Origin: Lama guanicoe
Taxonomy: Eukaryota
Length of the DNA stretch: 64,000 nt
Assembly (NCBI GenBank): GCA_013239625.1
Contig: MU054323.1
Coordinates: forward strand, 18,122,819 to 18,186,818
Direction of reading: 5' to 3'
The notes under the pieces are model-generated. The model was not told where the DNA came from and did no database searches. It saw only the letters and a program-made list of their open reading frames with translations. The position numbers and the translations under genes were made by a program. How positions within the stretch are numbered: the first letter of the stretch is position 1; each line of letters opens with the position of its first letter. Of this stretch, positions 50,640 to 62,200 are shown piece by piece.

Positions 50640-50860
50640 TTTTTTAAAAAATTTATTTATTTTAAAATTGATACATAGTTACAATGTGTCCATTTCTAGT
50701 GTACAGCATAATGTCCCAGTCATGCATATACATACATATATTCTTTCTCATATTCTTTCATTAAAGATTATTACAAGATATTGAATATAGTTCCCTGTGC
50801 TATACAGAAGAAATTTGTTTTTTAATCTATTTTTATATATAGTAGTTAACATTTGCAAAT
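50640..50860 (-). mobile_element. Short L1 3' tail
   Basis: aaattgatacatagttacaatgtgtc...ttacaagatattgaatatagttccctgtgctatacag...atttgcaaat. Confidence 0.88.
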
Positions 50861-51009
50861 TGGACTTTCCCACAGGCACAATTCACTACTTATAAATAAT
50901 CTCCTTCCACTTCCCTTTCCCCAATTCCTCACAACTTATTCACACCAGCTTTGTCCATCATAATATTGTGTTTGAAATATTACCAAGTACACAATCTTAA
51001 AGACTGAAA

Positions 51010-51270
51010 GTTAATTCAATTAAGAAATATTTATTGAGGCCCTACTATGTGCTAAGTGCTGGTGTTTCAATAATTAGTTTAAAAAAAAAACATGACTTGG
51101 TCTCTGCTTTCACAGCACTTATAGCTTGGTACAGGGAAAGGAGACCAACCAAATTATCATCCAAGTCAATATAAAAATAAAATCTAAAAATAATAATTGC
51201 TGTAATGGGAGCTACAAGTTGCTATGAAGGTTAATACAGTCTGGGGAGCCAGGAGCTAGTAAGGAGGAGG
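51010..51270 (-). mobile_element. L2 3' end
   Basis: aaatatttattgaggccctactatgtgctaagtgctgg...ggtctctgctttcacagcacttatag. Confidence 0.75.
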
Positions 51271-51556
51271 TTATAAACAATTGGCTGCTTTCAAATTACT
51301 GGGTTACAGTAGAATTTCTGATATCGGTGATTGTTTGGTATGATAATAAATAGGAGGGAAGGTAACTCTTATTCACCAAACACCATTCTCTTGACAACTG
51401 TTTGTAAGGCCATCTGCTCTTTAAATTCCTAAGTAGTCTTCTCTGTGTGAAACCTCTACATACTAAGAATTAGTCACTAGTCCACTCTCAACATGAATCT
51501 TTTGCCTCAATTCTATGGCGAATTGGAGGACAGACTTGTATTACTCTTGTTTCTAG

Positions 51557-51688
51557 GTTCTATATTCAATGTCTTGTAATAACCTTTTATGAAAATGAAT
51601 GTATGTATGTCTATGCACGACTGGGACATTGTGCTGTACACCAGAAATTGACACATTGTAAGTGACTATATTAATTTAAAAAAAAAAG
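51557..51688 (+). mobile_element. Short L1 3' tail
   Basis: ctatattcaatgtcttgtaataacc...gactgggacattgtgctgtacaccagaaattgacacattgtaa...polyA. Confidence 0.85.
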
Positions 51689-52959
51689 TGTCTGAACCAC
51701 AGGCTGCTGCTTTCAATAAGGGAAGATCTAATAGCCGTGCCATGTTCCCACCACTATGTTTTCTGGCTTTTAACTGAGTTAGCTTAGGACAAGTGCCAAA
51801 TTAACCTTAAATTTTTTTCAGCTTTAGTAACCCTAGCCCTGATACTTAGAATTGGAAATTGTTTCAAAGGGCTTAGCTCTCTGATTCCATCACTGAATAT
51901 GGTCAACACACACTCTGGTTTTGATGGGTGTGCTTTTATGTGCCTTCTAGTTTAGGAAAGCTTTTCCCCCCACCTCTGTAAGTTCCCTTCCCTAGCTCTT
52001 CTGACATCTTTTAGTTCACAAGTGTGGCTCCTTCTAGAATCTCCAGCTTAAAAAAAAACAGCATGAGATGTGAAAGTTCTTTGACTTCTTTTAAACCCAT
52101 GCAAATTTCAGACTCCCAATTTTGAAGAGAAAAATCAAGTCGGTCAATTGCTAGCAGGCAGCCCACTTCACCTCTCCACTGGTATCAATTTTTTGGTTTT
52201 TGTACAGCCTTCTATCACAACATCTCAAAGAGTTTCTGCTTCATAGCTGGCACTCAGTAAACACTTGGACGAGTGGTGAACACACTCCAAACTTGATTTC
52301 ATCACAGGCTCATTGGCAAGTTTCCCTTCTTTCCTTTGGGATTGTGAAGACAGTTCTAAAAGTACAACACAACCCAGAAAATTGCCCCTCTTCTCTGGCT
52401 TGGCTATATTCTGTTTCTTCTACTCACTCACCTTCTTCATTGATCTTTATATGTGAACCATGCCAGACTTTCCATCGTCCTTGGTTGCTTTACCAGCTCA
52501 CTCCCTATTTCCTCATTACCCTCTGATTTCTCAAATTGAGCTGAAGCTGGGCGGGATTTCAGGCTGGCTTAACTGAGCTAGGAAACGAGAGGGTATGGGC
52601 TTATAAATACCCCATTGAGAGAGAAGAGTGAGTGAGGCAGGAAGGTGCATAATCAAGATGCCACTGGCTGGAGAAAACTAGTCCGTCAGTGCCTTTGAAG
52701 ACAGCTCCAGTTAAGGTCACGAGTGGCCACTGCTGTTCATGTGATTACTCTCAGTGGAAGTGGCAACAACCACGGGGAATTAGGCCTTGTTTCCCAGAAC
52801 AGCTGAGACTCTTAACTGATAACACACAGACACCACAAGCAAATCAGGAAGAAAAGAAAGCTCTTAATTTTAAAGAGAAGCTACGTTAAACAAAAATTAA
52901 GAGAAGGAAATAAGAGAAACCAATAACTCAGTGCTCAGAATCAGCTTGTTTTGTGGGTA

Positions 52960-53150
52960 ATTTATTATGTTTTAAAATTGTGCTAAGTGTTTAACATGCA
53001 TTATTCCATGTAATCTTTTACCAATGTTATGGCATAGAATTATTGTATATCCTTTTAACTGACAAGGAAATGGAGATTTAGAAAGTTGAGGTAGTGGAGA
53101 ATGGAACCAGGCAACCTAACTAAAAAAATCCCAAATTTTAGTCATTCTGT
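52960..53150 (-). mobile_element. MIR SINE
   Basis: tgtgctaagtgtttaacatgcatt...gacaaggaaatggagatttagaaag. Confidence 0.6.
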
Positions 53151-53195
53151 CATTCTGGGTACCTTATCTGGGTACCAGTTACAGCTACCGTAGTA

Positions 53196-53422
53196 CAGTT
53201 GTCCCTCTGTACCAGAGTAGGGTGGGGTCGGGTTCTAGGACCAGCCACAGATACCAAAAATCTGCAGGTGCTCAAATCCCATAGTCAGCCCTCTGCGTCT
53301 GTGGTTCCGCATCTGTGGATTCAGCCAACCTTGGATCATGTAGTGCCATATGTATTTATTGAAAAAAAAATTGTGTATAAATGGATCCATGCAGTTCAAG
53401 CCTATGTTGTTCAAGTCAACTG
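53196..53422. mobile_element. MER8/MER2-like Tigger MITE
   Basis: TA|cagttgtccct...caactg|TA: terminal inverted repeats with TA target duplication. Confidence 0.85.
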
Positions 53423-55017
53423 TAATTTTCTCTCAAGCATTTCTTGTTGCATTGAAAATGATGTATCCTTTTGGACTCATTTGAATTCATAACAAATTTC
53501 TCCAAAGATGCGTGACTCCATCAGGGAAGAGCTCACCAACCTTCTTTGTCATCTTTCATCTACTGCCCTCCTCAATTCTTGTCTCAAGTCCAGACACAAA
53601 TCTGGAAAAGACTCACAGCAAGATTTCATTGTGAACTAACCTCCAGATGAGGGAGGGGTCTGTGGAGGGGAGTCCCACGTTTGTACTTTTCTCCTTTGAT
53701 GGGATCCCGATCACTCAAGAGGAAGAGTGAAAAGAGGGCTCAATAGGGGAGCTGAGGGCACCAGACAGAAAGAGAAACTTTGCTGACTTTTCCTTTGGCA
53801 AGATCAGTCCTAAATTAATCTCATGCTTCCAGTGCAGTGAAGGATGAGAAGCATTTTCTGGACGTTTTAAATGCCACTGAGAACTTGAGACTTTTTTTTT
53901 TGGTACTTAGAAAGGCCATGAAAATCACGCTCACCTTTATTTGACCAATATCTGTTAGGTCATAATGAGCTAGTTTAAATGTGGAAACAAAGATTACAGG
54001 CTTGTATCTAATTCCAAAGTCCAAGGTGTTACAAACTCCTCTCTCAGCCTCCATCCTTGCTTTCAGGATGTGAAGCCGAGAGACTTGAGCTACACACTAG
54101 TCATGGCCAGAAGGATGGGGCTATTAACAGTGCCAGGTGTGACAGTCAGTGTCTTCAGTGATGGAGATGATGAATTCCTGCTCAGCACACTTGGGGTCTT
54201 GCTATTAATAAAATGTTCTTATTAACTGAGAGGTACTAGTTGCCCACAGAGGGACTAGCAATTTTGATGAATAATACTACAATTAAACAAACTTAATTCA
54301 ATTTTTCTTTAATGGTCGCATTCGAGGATCATGCAGTTAGTGCTTCTGTTTCATCACTATGGATGTAAATTCTCATTGGACCAGCAAATTGTGGAAGCAG
54401 TGGTTCATGGACAGCTCATGGTGAGAGGATGTCAGCAAGCCAGTATTTATGCTTTGAGGGTAACCAACCATTGTGGAGATACTGCTGGTGACAAAGGGTG
54501 TGTCTACTCTAGAGGGTATGGGCAGGGCAAGTGACATTTCTCTCAGTGTACGCTATCGACCATCTTTGAATTGGTGCCCATTGGAACTGATATGTAAACT
54601 AACATCATTGACTATAGCCATCTGTGCTCATGGGTACAGTGATGAGTTATAAGGAAGATCCACAATCAGCACACAGTGTACTTGAAGGTCACTCTTTGGT
54701 TGTACTGCAGGTAGGGATTCAAAAGTCTGGTTTTGAATCCATGCTGGTGTTGGCTTATTTAAGGGAGAATTCTTGTTTCTAATTATAGCTGTGATAAAAT
54801 CCAGTTGACTTCCACAAGTATTTAATAGTGTTTAATGTGGACAAAGCTCTACGCTAGGTGATGTAGAGGTACAGAGATGAAGGTTGGTGCCTGGTAATCC
54901 AGGGGTTCCTGGTTGTAGGAATTCTCTTAACCTGGTTCAGCAAAGCTCTCAGTAGAGCCCGCTGCATTAGAGATGAATGTGAACAAGCCTGAAATTGTGA
55001 AATACTGACTTTTCCTC

Positions 55018-55400
55018 TGTCTTAGTTCCCATTCCTCCCCAGGGAAGACTGTCAGGAGTAGTTTATTTGGGAAGTAATCCCAGAAAGCACAGCAGAAGAA
55101 TTGGAGAAGGCGATACAGGGAAGGGAGAAAAGCCAGTACAAGGTGTGTTGATGAGCAGGTCCTACTCTGGGTGGCCGAGGTACTTGGTGGTACATGTACC
55201 AGATGTCCTACCAGAGGATGGGGAGTTGGGACATTTACAGACTCCCAGCCCCCATCAGCTGGGGATTGGCCATGAGGTCATCAATTCCATGGCACTTCCT
55301 CATGCACCAAGGTACTTGAGAAAGCCTTTGACTGAGAAGAGGGAATCAGGAGTTCCTGGTGGGAGCTGTCAGCAGCTGGGAAACCATCTGTCCCACAGCT
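55018..55400 (-). mobile_element. LTR33-like ERVL LTR
   Basis: tgtcttagttc...gtagtttatttgggaagtaatcccagaaagcac...cagggaaggga...gccagtacaaggtgtgttgatgagcagg. Confidence 0.65.
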
Positions 55401-55807
55401 CTCCCCAGGCTAGGAGATTGCTGTTGATTTTTTACAACAGCTGCATGTAGTCACCATGGAAAGTTTGGGAAATAGAGAAAATAAAATTCTATAATCTAAC
55501 TTCTCAGAGATCACCACTGTCATCATGCTGGTTTATTTCCAGCTAAAATTTGGTTTTTCATTGTGTGTGTGTATATTCTGTGCATGTATATTGGTGGGGT
55601 TTTGCTTTGTTTTGTTTGAAATTTTATTCCGTTTTTTCTTGCTTTTTCTCCACCATTTAAAGCGGCTCTATCCTCAGGATTTACTTGTCTCAGGGAGTTT
55701 TGAAGAACTTAAAGTAGACAGTACCTGAAGTTAGTGCACCTCCCTGTCTTTTGTAAGAATGTCTCAGAGGTGGTTCTGGAGGAAGAGGGGAAATCAGGGA
55801 GTCCCAG

Positions 55808-56153
55808 TGGCTCAGTCAGTCCGGGCTGCTGTAACAGAATACCGTAGACTGGGTGGCTTATTAACAACAGAAGTTACTTATCACAGTTCTGGAGGTGGGA
55901 AGTCCAAGATCAGGGTGCCAGCATAGGTGGATTCTGGTGGGGGCCTTCTTCTGGTTGCAGACCACCGACTTCTCATCTTCTCACATGCAGAGAGCTCTCG
56001 TGGGGCTCTTTTATAAGGGCACCAATCCCATTCATGAGGGTTCCATCCTTATGACTTAATGACCTTCCAAAAGCCCCACCTCCAGATACCATCACATTAG
56101 GGGTTAGGACTTAACATGAATTTTGAGGGGACACAAACATCTGATCTGTAGCA
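55808..56153 (-). mobile_element. MLT1A-type MaLR solo LTR
   Basis: gggctgctgtaacagaataccgtagactgggtggctta...cacagttctggagg...aagtccaagatca...aatcccattcatgaggg...aacatgaattttgaggggacaca. Confidence 0.9.
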
Positions 56154-56579
56154 ACCTGACAGTAGCAAGAGAAAAGAAAGAGATTTAACCCAAGATTGGG
56201 GGGTTGTGAGAAAATCAACCCCTTGGCACCCCAGAAAGACTGGACCTGAGGCACAGGGATTCTCAGCCCTGCCATTGCTTCCAGAACACCACATGAGGCA
56301 CAGAGGAAATGCACTTGCCTTTGCAAGGCCTCAGGCCTGCTGGGGCACTGCCATCTGGGGACAGAGTGATTGACCAAGGCAGACTAACAGTGATTACCAA
56401 GACCTAAGGGAGCTCCCTGCTGCTTGGCTCTGCAGAGTGTTCTGGGACTTTCCCAAAACCTTAAGGAGAGGATGCCCAGAAATGACTGATGTGAATTATC
56501 AGGCCACCTCTGTCGGTGTGGGCTCATAATTAGCTTTAGTTTGGTTAAGAAATAAATAAAGCCACTTTTTGCTTTATTT

Positions 56580-57360
56580 GTTAATTTTTATTGAAATATA
56601 GGATTTACAATGTTGTTATTTTCTGATGTATAGCATACTGATTTAGTTACACATACATGTAGATAGTCTTTTTCATATTTTTTATTATACATTATTACAA
56701 GGTATTAATATAGTTCCTTGTGCTAAACAGTAGGACCTTGTTTTTTATGAATTTTGTATACAGTAGTGCATATCTGCTAATCCCAGACTCCTAATTTATC
56801 TCTCCCCCCTCCAGTAGCCATGTTTGTTTTCTTTGTCTGTGAGTCTGTTTCTGTTTTGTAAATAAGTTGATTTCTGTCACTTTTTTTAGATTCCACATAT
56901 AAAGGACATCATATAGTATTTTTCTTTTTCTGTCTGACTGACTTCACGTAGTAGGATAATCTCTAGGTCAACCCATGTTGCTGCAAATGGCATTGTTTCA
57001 TTCTTTTTTATGGCTGAAAAGTATTCCATTGTACATATATATACCACATCTTCTTTATCTAGTCATTTGTTGATGGACACTTAGGTTGCGTCCCTGTCTT
57101 GGCTATTTGTAAATAGGGTTGCTGTGAACATTGAGGTACATGTACCTTTTTGAATTAGTTTTCTCTGAATGTATGCTCGGGGGTGGGATTGCTGGATCAT
57201 AGGTAACTCTATTTTTAGTTTAAGGAATTTTCCTACTGTTCTCTACAGTGGCTGCACCAAATTACATTCCCATCAACAGTATGGGGATGTTCCCTTTTCT
57301 CCATGCCCTCTCCAGCATTTATCACTTGTGGACTTTTTAAGGATGGCCATTCTGACCAGT
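56580..57360 (-). mobile_element. L1 3' end, about 0.8 kb
   Basis: tttattgaaatatag...ttagattccacatat...atggctgaaaagtattccattg...ggatggccattctgaccagt. Confidence 0.92.
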
Positions 57361-57999
57361 AAAATGAGGATTTAAATTCTTGATTTCGTTGATTCCTAGG
57401 GGATTACTTTTCCTCCACGGCCTCCTTGACTCCTGGCTGCTGAGTCAAACCTGCTGCCTCTGATGCAGCTCACATCGGCCAAGATGTGCTCTTTCACCAT
57501 TTTCCTCAAAAAACAAAAATCACTTATTCTAAATATTTCCTCTGGTCACCGTTATTAAAACCTGGGGTCACAGGGAGCGATCACATGGCCCTTCAGTCTC
57601 ACACCATCTCCTACCTCACTTCCCTCTTCCTACCTCTCCCCTTTCCTCTGGCAGCGAGAACGGGCTCCGTTGGCTGCACTGACCCTTCAGGCTGGTGTTG
57701 CCTGTTTTGTTGTTAAATATATTCTCTGTTCTTGATTGTTCTTCTAAGAAGAACAAGTTTCTCTTTTTCATTTCATTACAAGTTGCTAATGAGTTTTCAG
57801 AACTTGATCATGCCCTTGGGAGTCTTAAGTTCTCCCAAAATTTCCTGAAGGAGATAGTTCTTCCAGGTGCAGACAGTGAGTGCCCTTCCTAAAAGGCATT
57901 CTGTCGAATAAAGTTACATGTTGCATGTAACACGGCCTCCTCAAGGATTTTCAAGCTGAGTGGTCGAGAGCGTGATGGCAGAGACACCAAATCCCATCT

Positions 58000-58320
58000 C
58001 ATTTTCCTGTCCTCGGGCGCTCTGGAAATGTTCTCTCTCTCCCGTTGTAATTGGGATGCGGCTGTGTGATGAGCTATGGCCACGATCGGAAATGACACAC
58101 GTCCCATCCAGGCTGAAGTACGGGCAAGCCGGTGTGCCCTCTGCCAGCAGCAGTTGCGAGATGGGAGCGACCGCCCCCGCAGGGTCACCTGCTGGAGCAG
58201 TTGCCCTGGAGAATCGCTCCACTGAACTGGACTTCGTGATCTCCTTGGGAAACATATGAACTATTTTTAGGCTACTAAGAGTTGGGGGTTATTTTGTAAC
58301 AAAAACATATCCTAAGTGAA
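58000..58320 (+). mobile_element. Old MLT1 (K/L-like) LTR fragment
   Basis: agttgccctggagaatcgc...ctggacttcgtga...taggctactaagagttgggggttattttgtaac. Confidence 0.55.
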
Positions 58321-58339
58321 TGGTTGAGCTGTAATCTAA

Positions 58340-58550
58340 TGAACATGACCAACTCTGGTATCGGACTTGTAGGCTCCATTCCCTGCCCTGCTACTTTCTA
58401 GCTGTTTGACCTTAAAAAAATTAATCTTATGAAGCTTCAGTTTCTTCATCTCTACAACAGTACGTTACTTTTAGAGCTATAAGGAGACAACCAATGTGAG
58501 GTACTTCGAATACCATCTGACACATAATAAATGTTCAAAAAGCAATAATA
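58340..58550 (+). mobile_element. MIR SINE
   Basis: ctagctgtttgacctt...cttcagtttcttcatctctacaa...ctgacacataataaatgttcaa. Confidence 0.7.
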
Positions 58551-59142
58551 GCTTTTTGATGACAGGTATGATGCCTAATGATGTTGAAAACCTAAAACAA
58601 AACTATCAATAGAAGCATCGAAGGTACTCCCAAGCAGTTGCAATGTCTGTGTTCTTTGTTTCTATTCAGACCCAATTACTCATCTAAAGGAACAGCTTTG
58701 GGAAAGCTATTTGCTGGGTCAGCGTATGTTTATTTAGTGAGAGCAGTAATCACATATACGGGCCTTAGTTGCTCACACTTGTTGCCACAAAGCTACATGT
58801 CATACTGTTTTATAAATATTTTAACATTTTGCAGCCATGATTATGTCTCCTTATTATTTCTAAAGGAGCCTATTTTTGCTCCTTTTTTTTCCAAAGTCTG
58901 ATACTTTTTTTTTTCCCACCAAGTCATCTTTCTATAAACAGAGGCCCGTCTCGCTTCTTTCATGTGAGTGTATGGGGCAGTGCATCTTTGATTCTGTCTG
59001 CCTCTGTGCTGGTTGTAAGGGTGATGGGGATGGTAGACAAGAGGTTGGAGGCAAAATGCTTCTATGGTTTAATGCCTGGGTGGTTGGAAGTTCGGCGGGG
59101 ACCTTAGTGAAGTGAAGGGACAACGAGCTAGTTGCGTGTCTG

Positions 59143-59276
<134 letters not shown>

Positions 59277-62200
59277 ATGCACTCTGGAGAACAGGCTCTG
59301 GGTCAGCACAGAGCAGTTGTGCCATGGACGTCTGCGGCACTGGCAGGACGTTAAGGTGGAAACATCCTGTGGCCTTTGCAAGATGCAGAGCTCAAATTTC
59401 GGAAAAAGTTTGCTCTTGTGTTCAGGAATTACTTACTGGAGAAGAGAAGTTAAAAGCAAAGAGACTGAGAGAACAAAAAACGATTTCTCAATTTAAGGGA
59501 TGGCAAAAGGACTAGGAACCAATTAATAGAAGAGAGGGGACCATCGTAAGAGGACATTACTCTGAAAGTTAAGGAGGGGAAAGTTCCATGGAGTGTCTGG
59601 CACAGAGACACTACATAATTAATTATTAAAATGAGGGGTTGGAAGGTCATTCCGTGCTAATTGGCACAGGCTGTCGAGACAATGCAATCGGAGAAGCCTC
59701 ACTCCTGGCTCTGTTACATCCTTTTGTATTCATTTTTAATTTTACTTCTTGTTTGTTTGGTGTTTTTCCAGCACTTAGTTCTAATTTATTTTACCTTGCT
59801 GCCTTAACTCATTTGGGAACAAAGTAAGATACTTAAAATAAAAGCGTTTTTCTTTTCCCTGAGCAATTCTAAATTAGCAGGATTTGAAACAAAGAAAATA
59901 TTTCCTATTCAAGCTTACTAGGAGATTTCTGCTGAAAAGGACATTTTTATAAAACTCTGTCAAAGGACTGAACCCCAGATGCATTTGGATAGCAGTCATC
60001 ATTATGAAATAAGAGGTTTCGTTCATAAAACATTTCCATGTCATTTCTATTCCAATGAATGATATAATGCAATTACATCAGGGTCTATATTTAAAGCCGT
60101 GTTAAGATGAGTGTGGCTAACAAGCGATAATGGTGGTGACTTTTATACATACGTAGTTATAAATCTCAGAGCATTTCTCTGGGGGACTCAAGATATGACT
60201 GCTTATCAAGAACTTGGCAATTTCCCTTCCTAGATATTGAAGCAGTTAGGACTTTGGTTTCGGCTGCGACGCTCTCAAATCTTTCCTAATTCTTCACTCA
60301 GTGAGCTGCTTCTCTCGCCTTTCCTTTGACTTGAAATCAAGGAGCCTGCCTCCAGCCAAGGCTGTGGGCTCAGCCAGTTCCGTCCACTGGGGCAGGCAGG
60401 TGGCAGCTCAGGTGGGGATGCGGCTGAAGGATACAGCGCCCACAGCTCTACTGTGCGGGGCTGCCGGCCGCCTGTCTCCAGCTAGGGCCACAGTGCCTGC
60501 TGCTGCCAGAGGCCAGTGTCCCTTCCTGAAGGCTTTCTGCTCCTCTGGCAGCAAGACCCAGAAGCCGAGTGAATCGGCAGTGAGCGTGGGGTTGGGGAGC
60601 AGGGAGTTGGACTCCTTGAGGAGGCTCAGTAGCAGCACAGGACCTCTGAGGACGAGGGTTATTCTCAGAGACGTGGCTGTTTCTGTTTATCTCGGACATA
60701 AACCACAGAAGGATGGGCTGGAGAGATCAAACTCGGCAGTGTGTTTTCCTTCGACAGTGGATACTGCATCTGTGTTCCGTTGTATGTTTCCAGACTGTTG
60801 TCGACAGATCACAGCTTAAATGAATTAACATTTCTAATTCAACATATAAGTCAATCTAACACAAACAGATATGGCCGAGAAGGTGGAGGAGGTAGGGTGA
60901 AATGCCAAGTCTTTGACCAGTTTCCTCCAGATGTGTATATTGATATTTCATTTCCCCCCATTTTGGGAGGGAGGTAAAAATAGATAACATATAGGAAAAA
61001 CACTCAAAAGGAAAGAAACTTGCTTAATGATGGCTAGTGCCAAACTGTCCCAAAGTCATAAACTTGGATTCCTTAGACCTTTCTTTTCAGGATTTTCTTG
61101 TGTTTCAGAATTCTTTTATAGCAAACACTGGATGTCCCACTCTTATAATTTCATTCATTGCAGACACCAGATAAAAATTTTCTTTTTAAAACCAAAGATA
61201 CAAGTAAATGTTGTACAACTAAATGATTCAAGCTCCAGGTTCCCCAGACTCTTTAGGGATGGGGCGTTGGATGTGGTAACTGAGCCGTCCCTGTGACTAT
61301 TTAATTTACAAAAATTCCTCGGTATTGGCTGTCATTTACATGTTCGTTTCATCTTTCTGCAGTTAGTAAAGAGCTGTTTTAGTGTTCACATCGTACTTTT
61401 GGAGCCAATAAACCAATGTCACTTCCTTGATGGATGTGCTGTTTCACTTTTCATCTGTGTACCACAGCTTAATTGAAAACCTGTAATCGCTGGGTTAATT
61501 TGGCAAATGGCTCTTATTACCTCTTCTGGGAGATGTGTCTTCTCTAGAACATCTCAACTGAATTTTTCCCTTAACCTTTCCTCTGTGGACCTTTTGCTAG
61601 CTGTTGTTACACCTGTCACTTTCTGTCAGGTCTACGCTTTTTCAAGCTTTTAGAGTACCTTGCTTTTCATTAAATAAATGAAACATTTTGAGTAAACACA
61701 GCCCTATTTATCCATGTGAAAGAAGAGGAGGAAGGTGAGCTGAGATCTGTCTGTGGTGCCTCAGATGCCCTTAGAATCTCAAAGAATTTGAGTGTAATAT
61801 CAGCTCCTTTTTGTTATCTCTGACATGTTTTTCGGATTTTTTTTTTCTTCCAGTGCACTTTTTTCAAGTGTTCGTACCACTGTCAGTCCCTAGGTATTCT
61901 GATAATGAACAGTTGATTGGGTATGTTTATCTGAGATAAGTCAAAATGGTTAATATTATAGAAAGAATACGTTTAGTATTGGAATGTAATTTGGTGATTA
62001 AATTTGAACTTCAGCATCTGAAGTTCTGGGAATTCTCTATATGTCCTCACAAATAATGATGTCACTGACACAGAAGAATGCTAGGGAGCAGCCTGGTTCT
62101 CACCATTCCTCCTCAGTACATCCATTCTTGTTCTCATCTGTGCTGGGAGTAGATCAAACTGTTCATGGAAATGCTGCGTAGAACCAGTCCAAGTTGTGAG

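Noticed and set aside
54067..54136. Possible exon beginning DVKPRD (kinase-like)
   Set aside because: Lacks the rest of the kinase catalytic motif, has a weak donor (gtgtga) and no partner exons
60301..60819. 172-aa ORF on plus
   Set aside because: GTG start in a GC-richer patch where stops are rarer; no recognisable protein features
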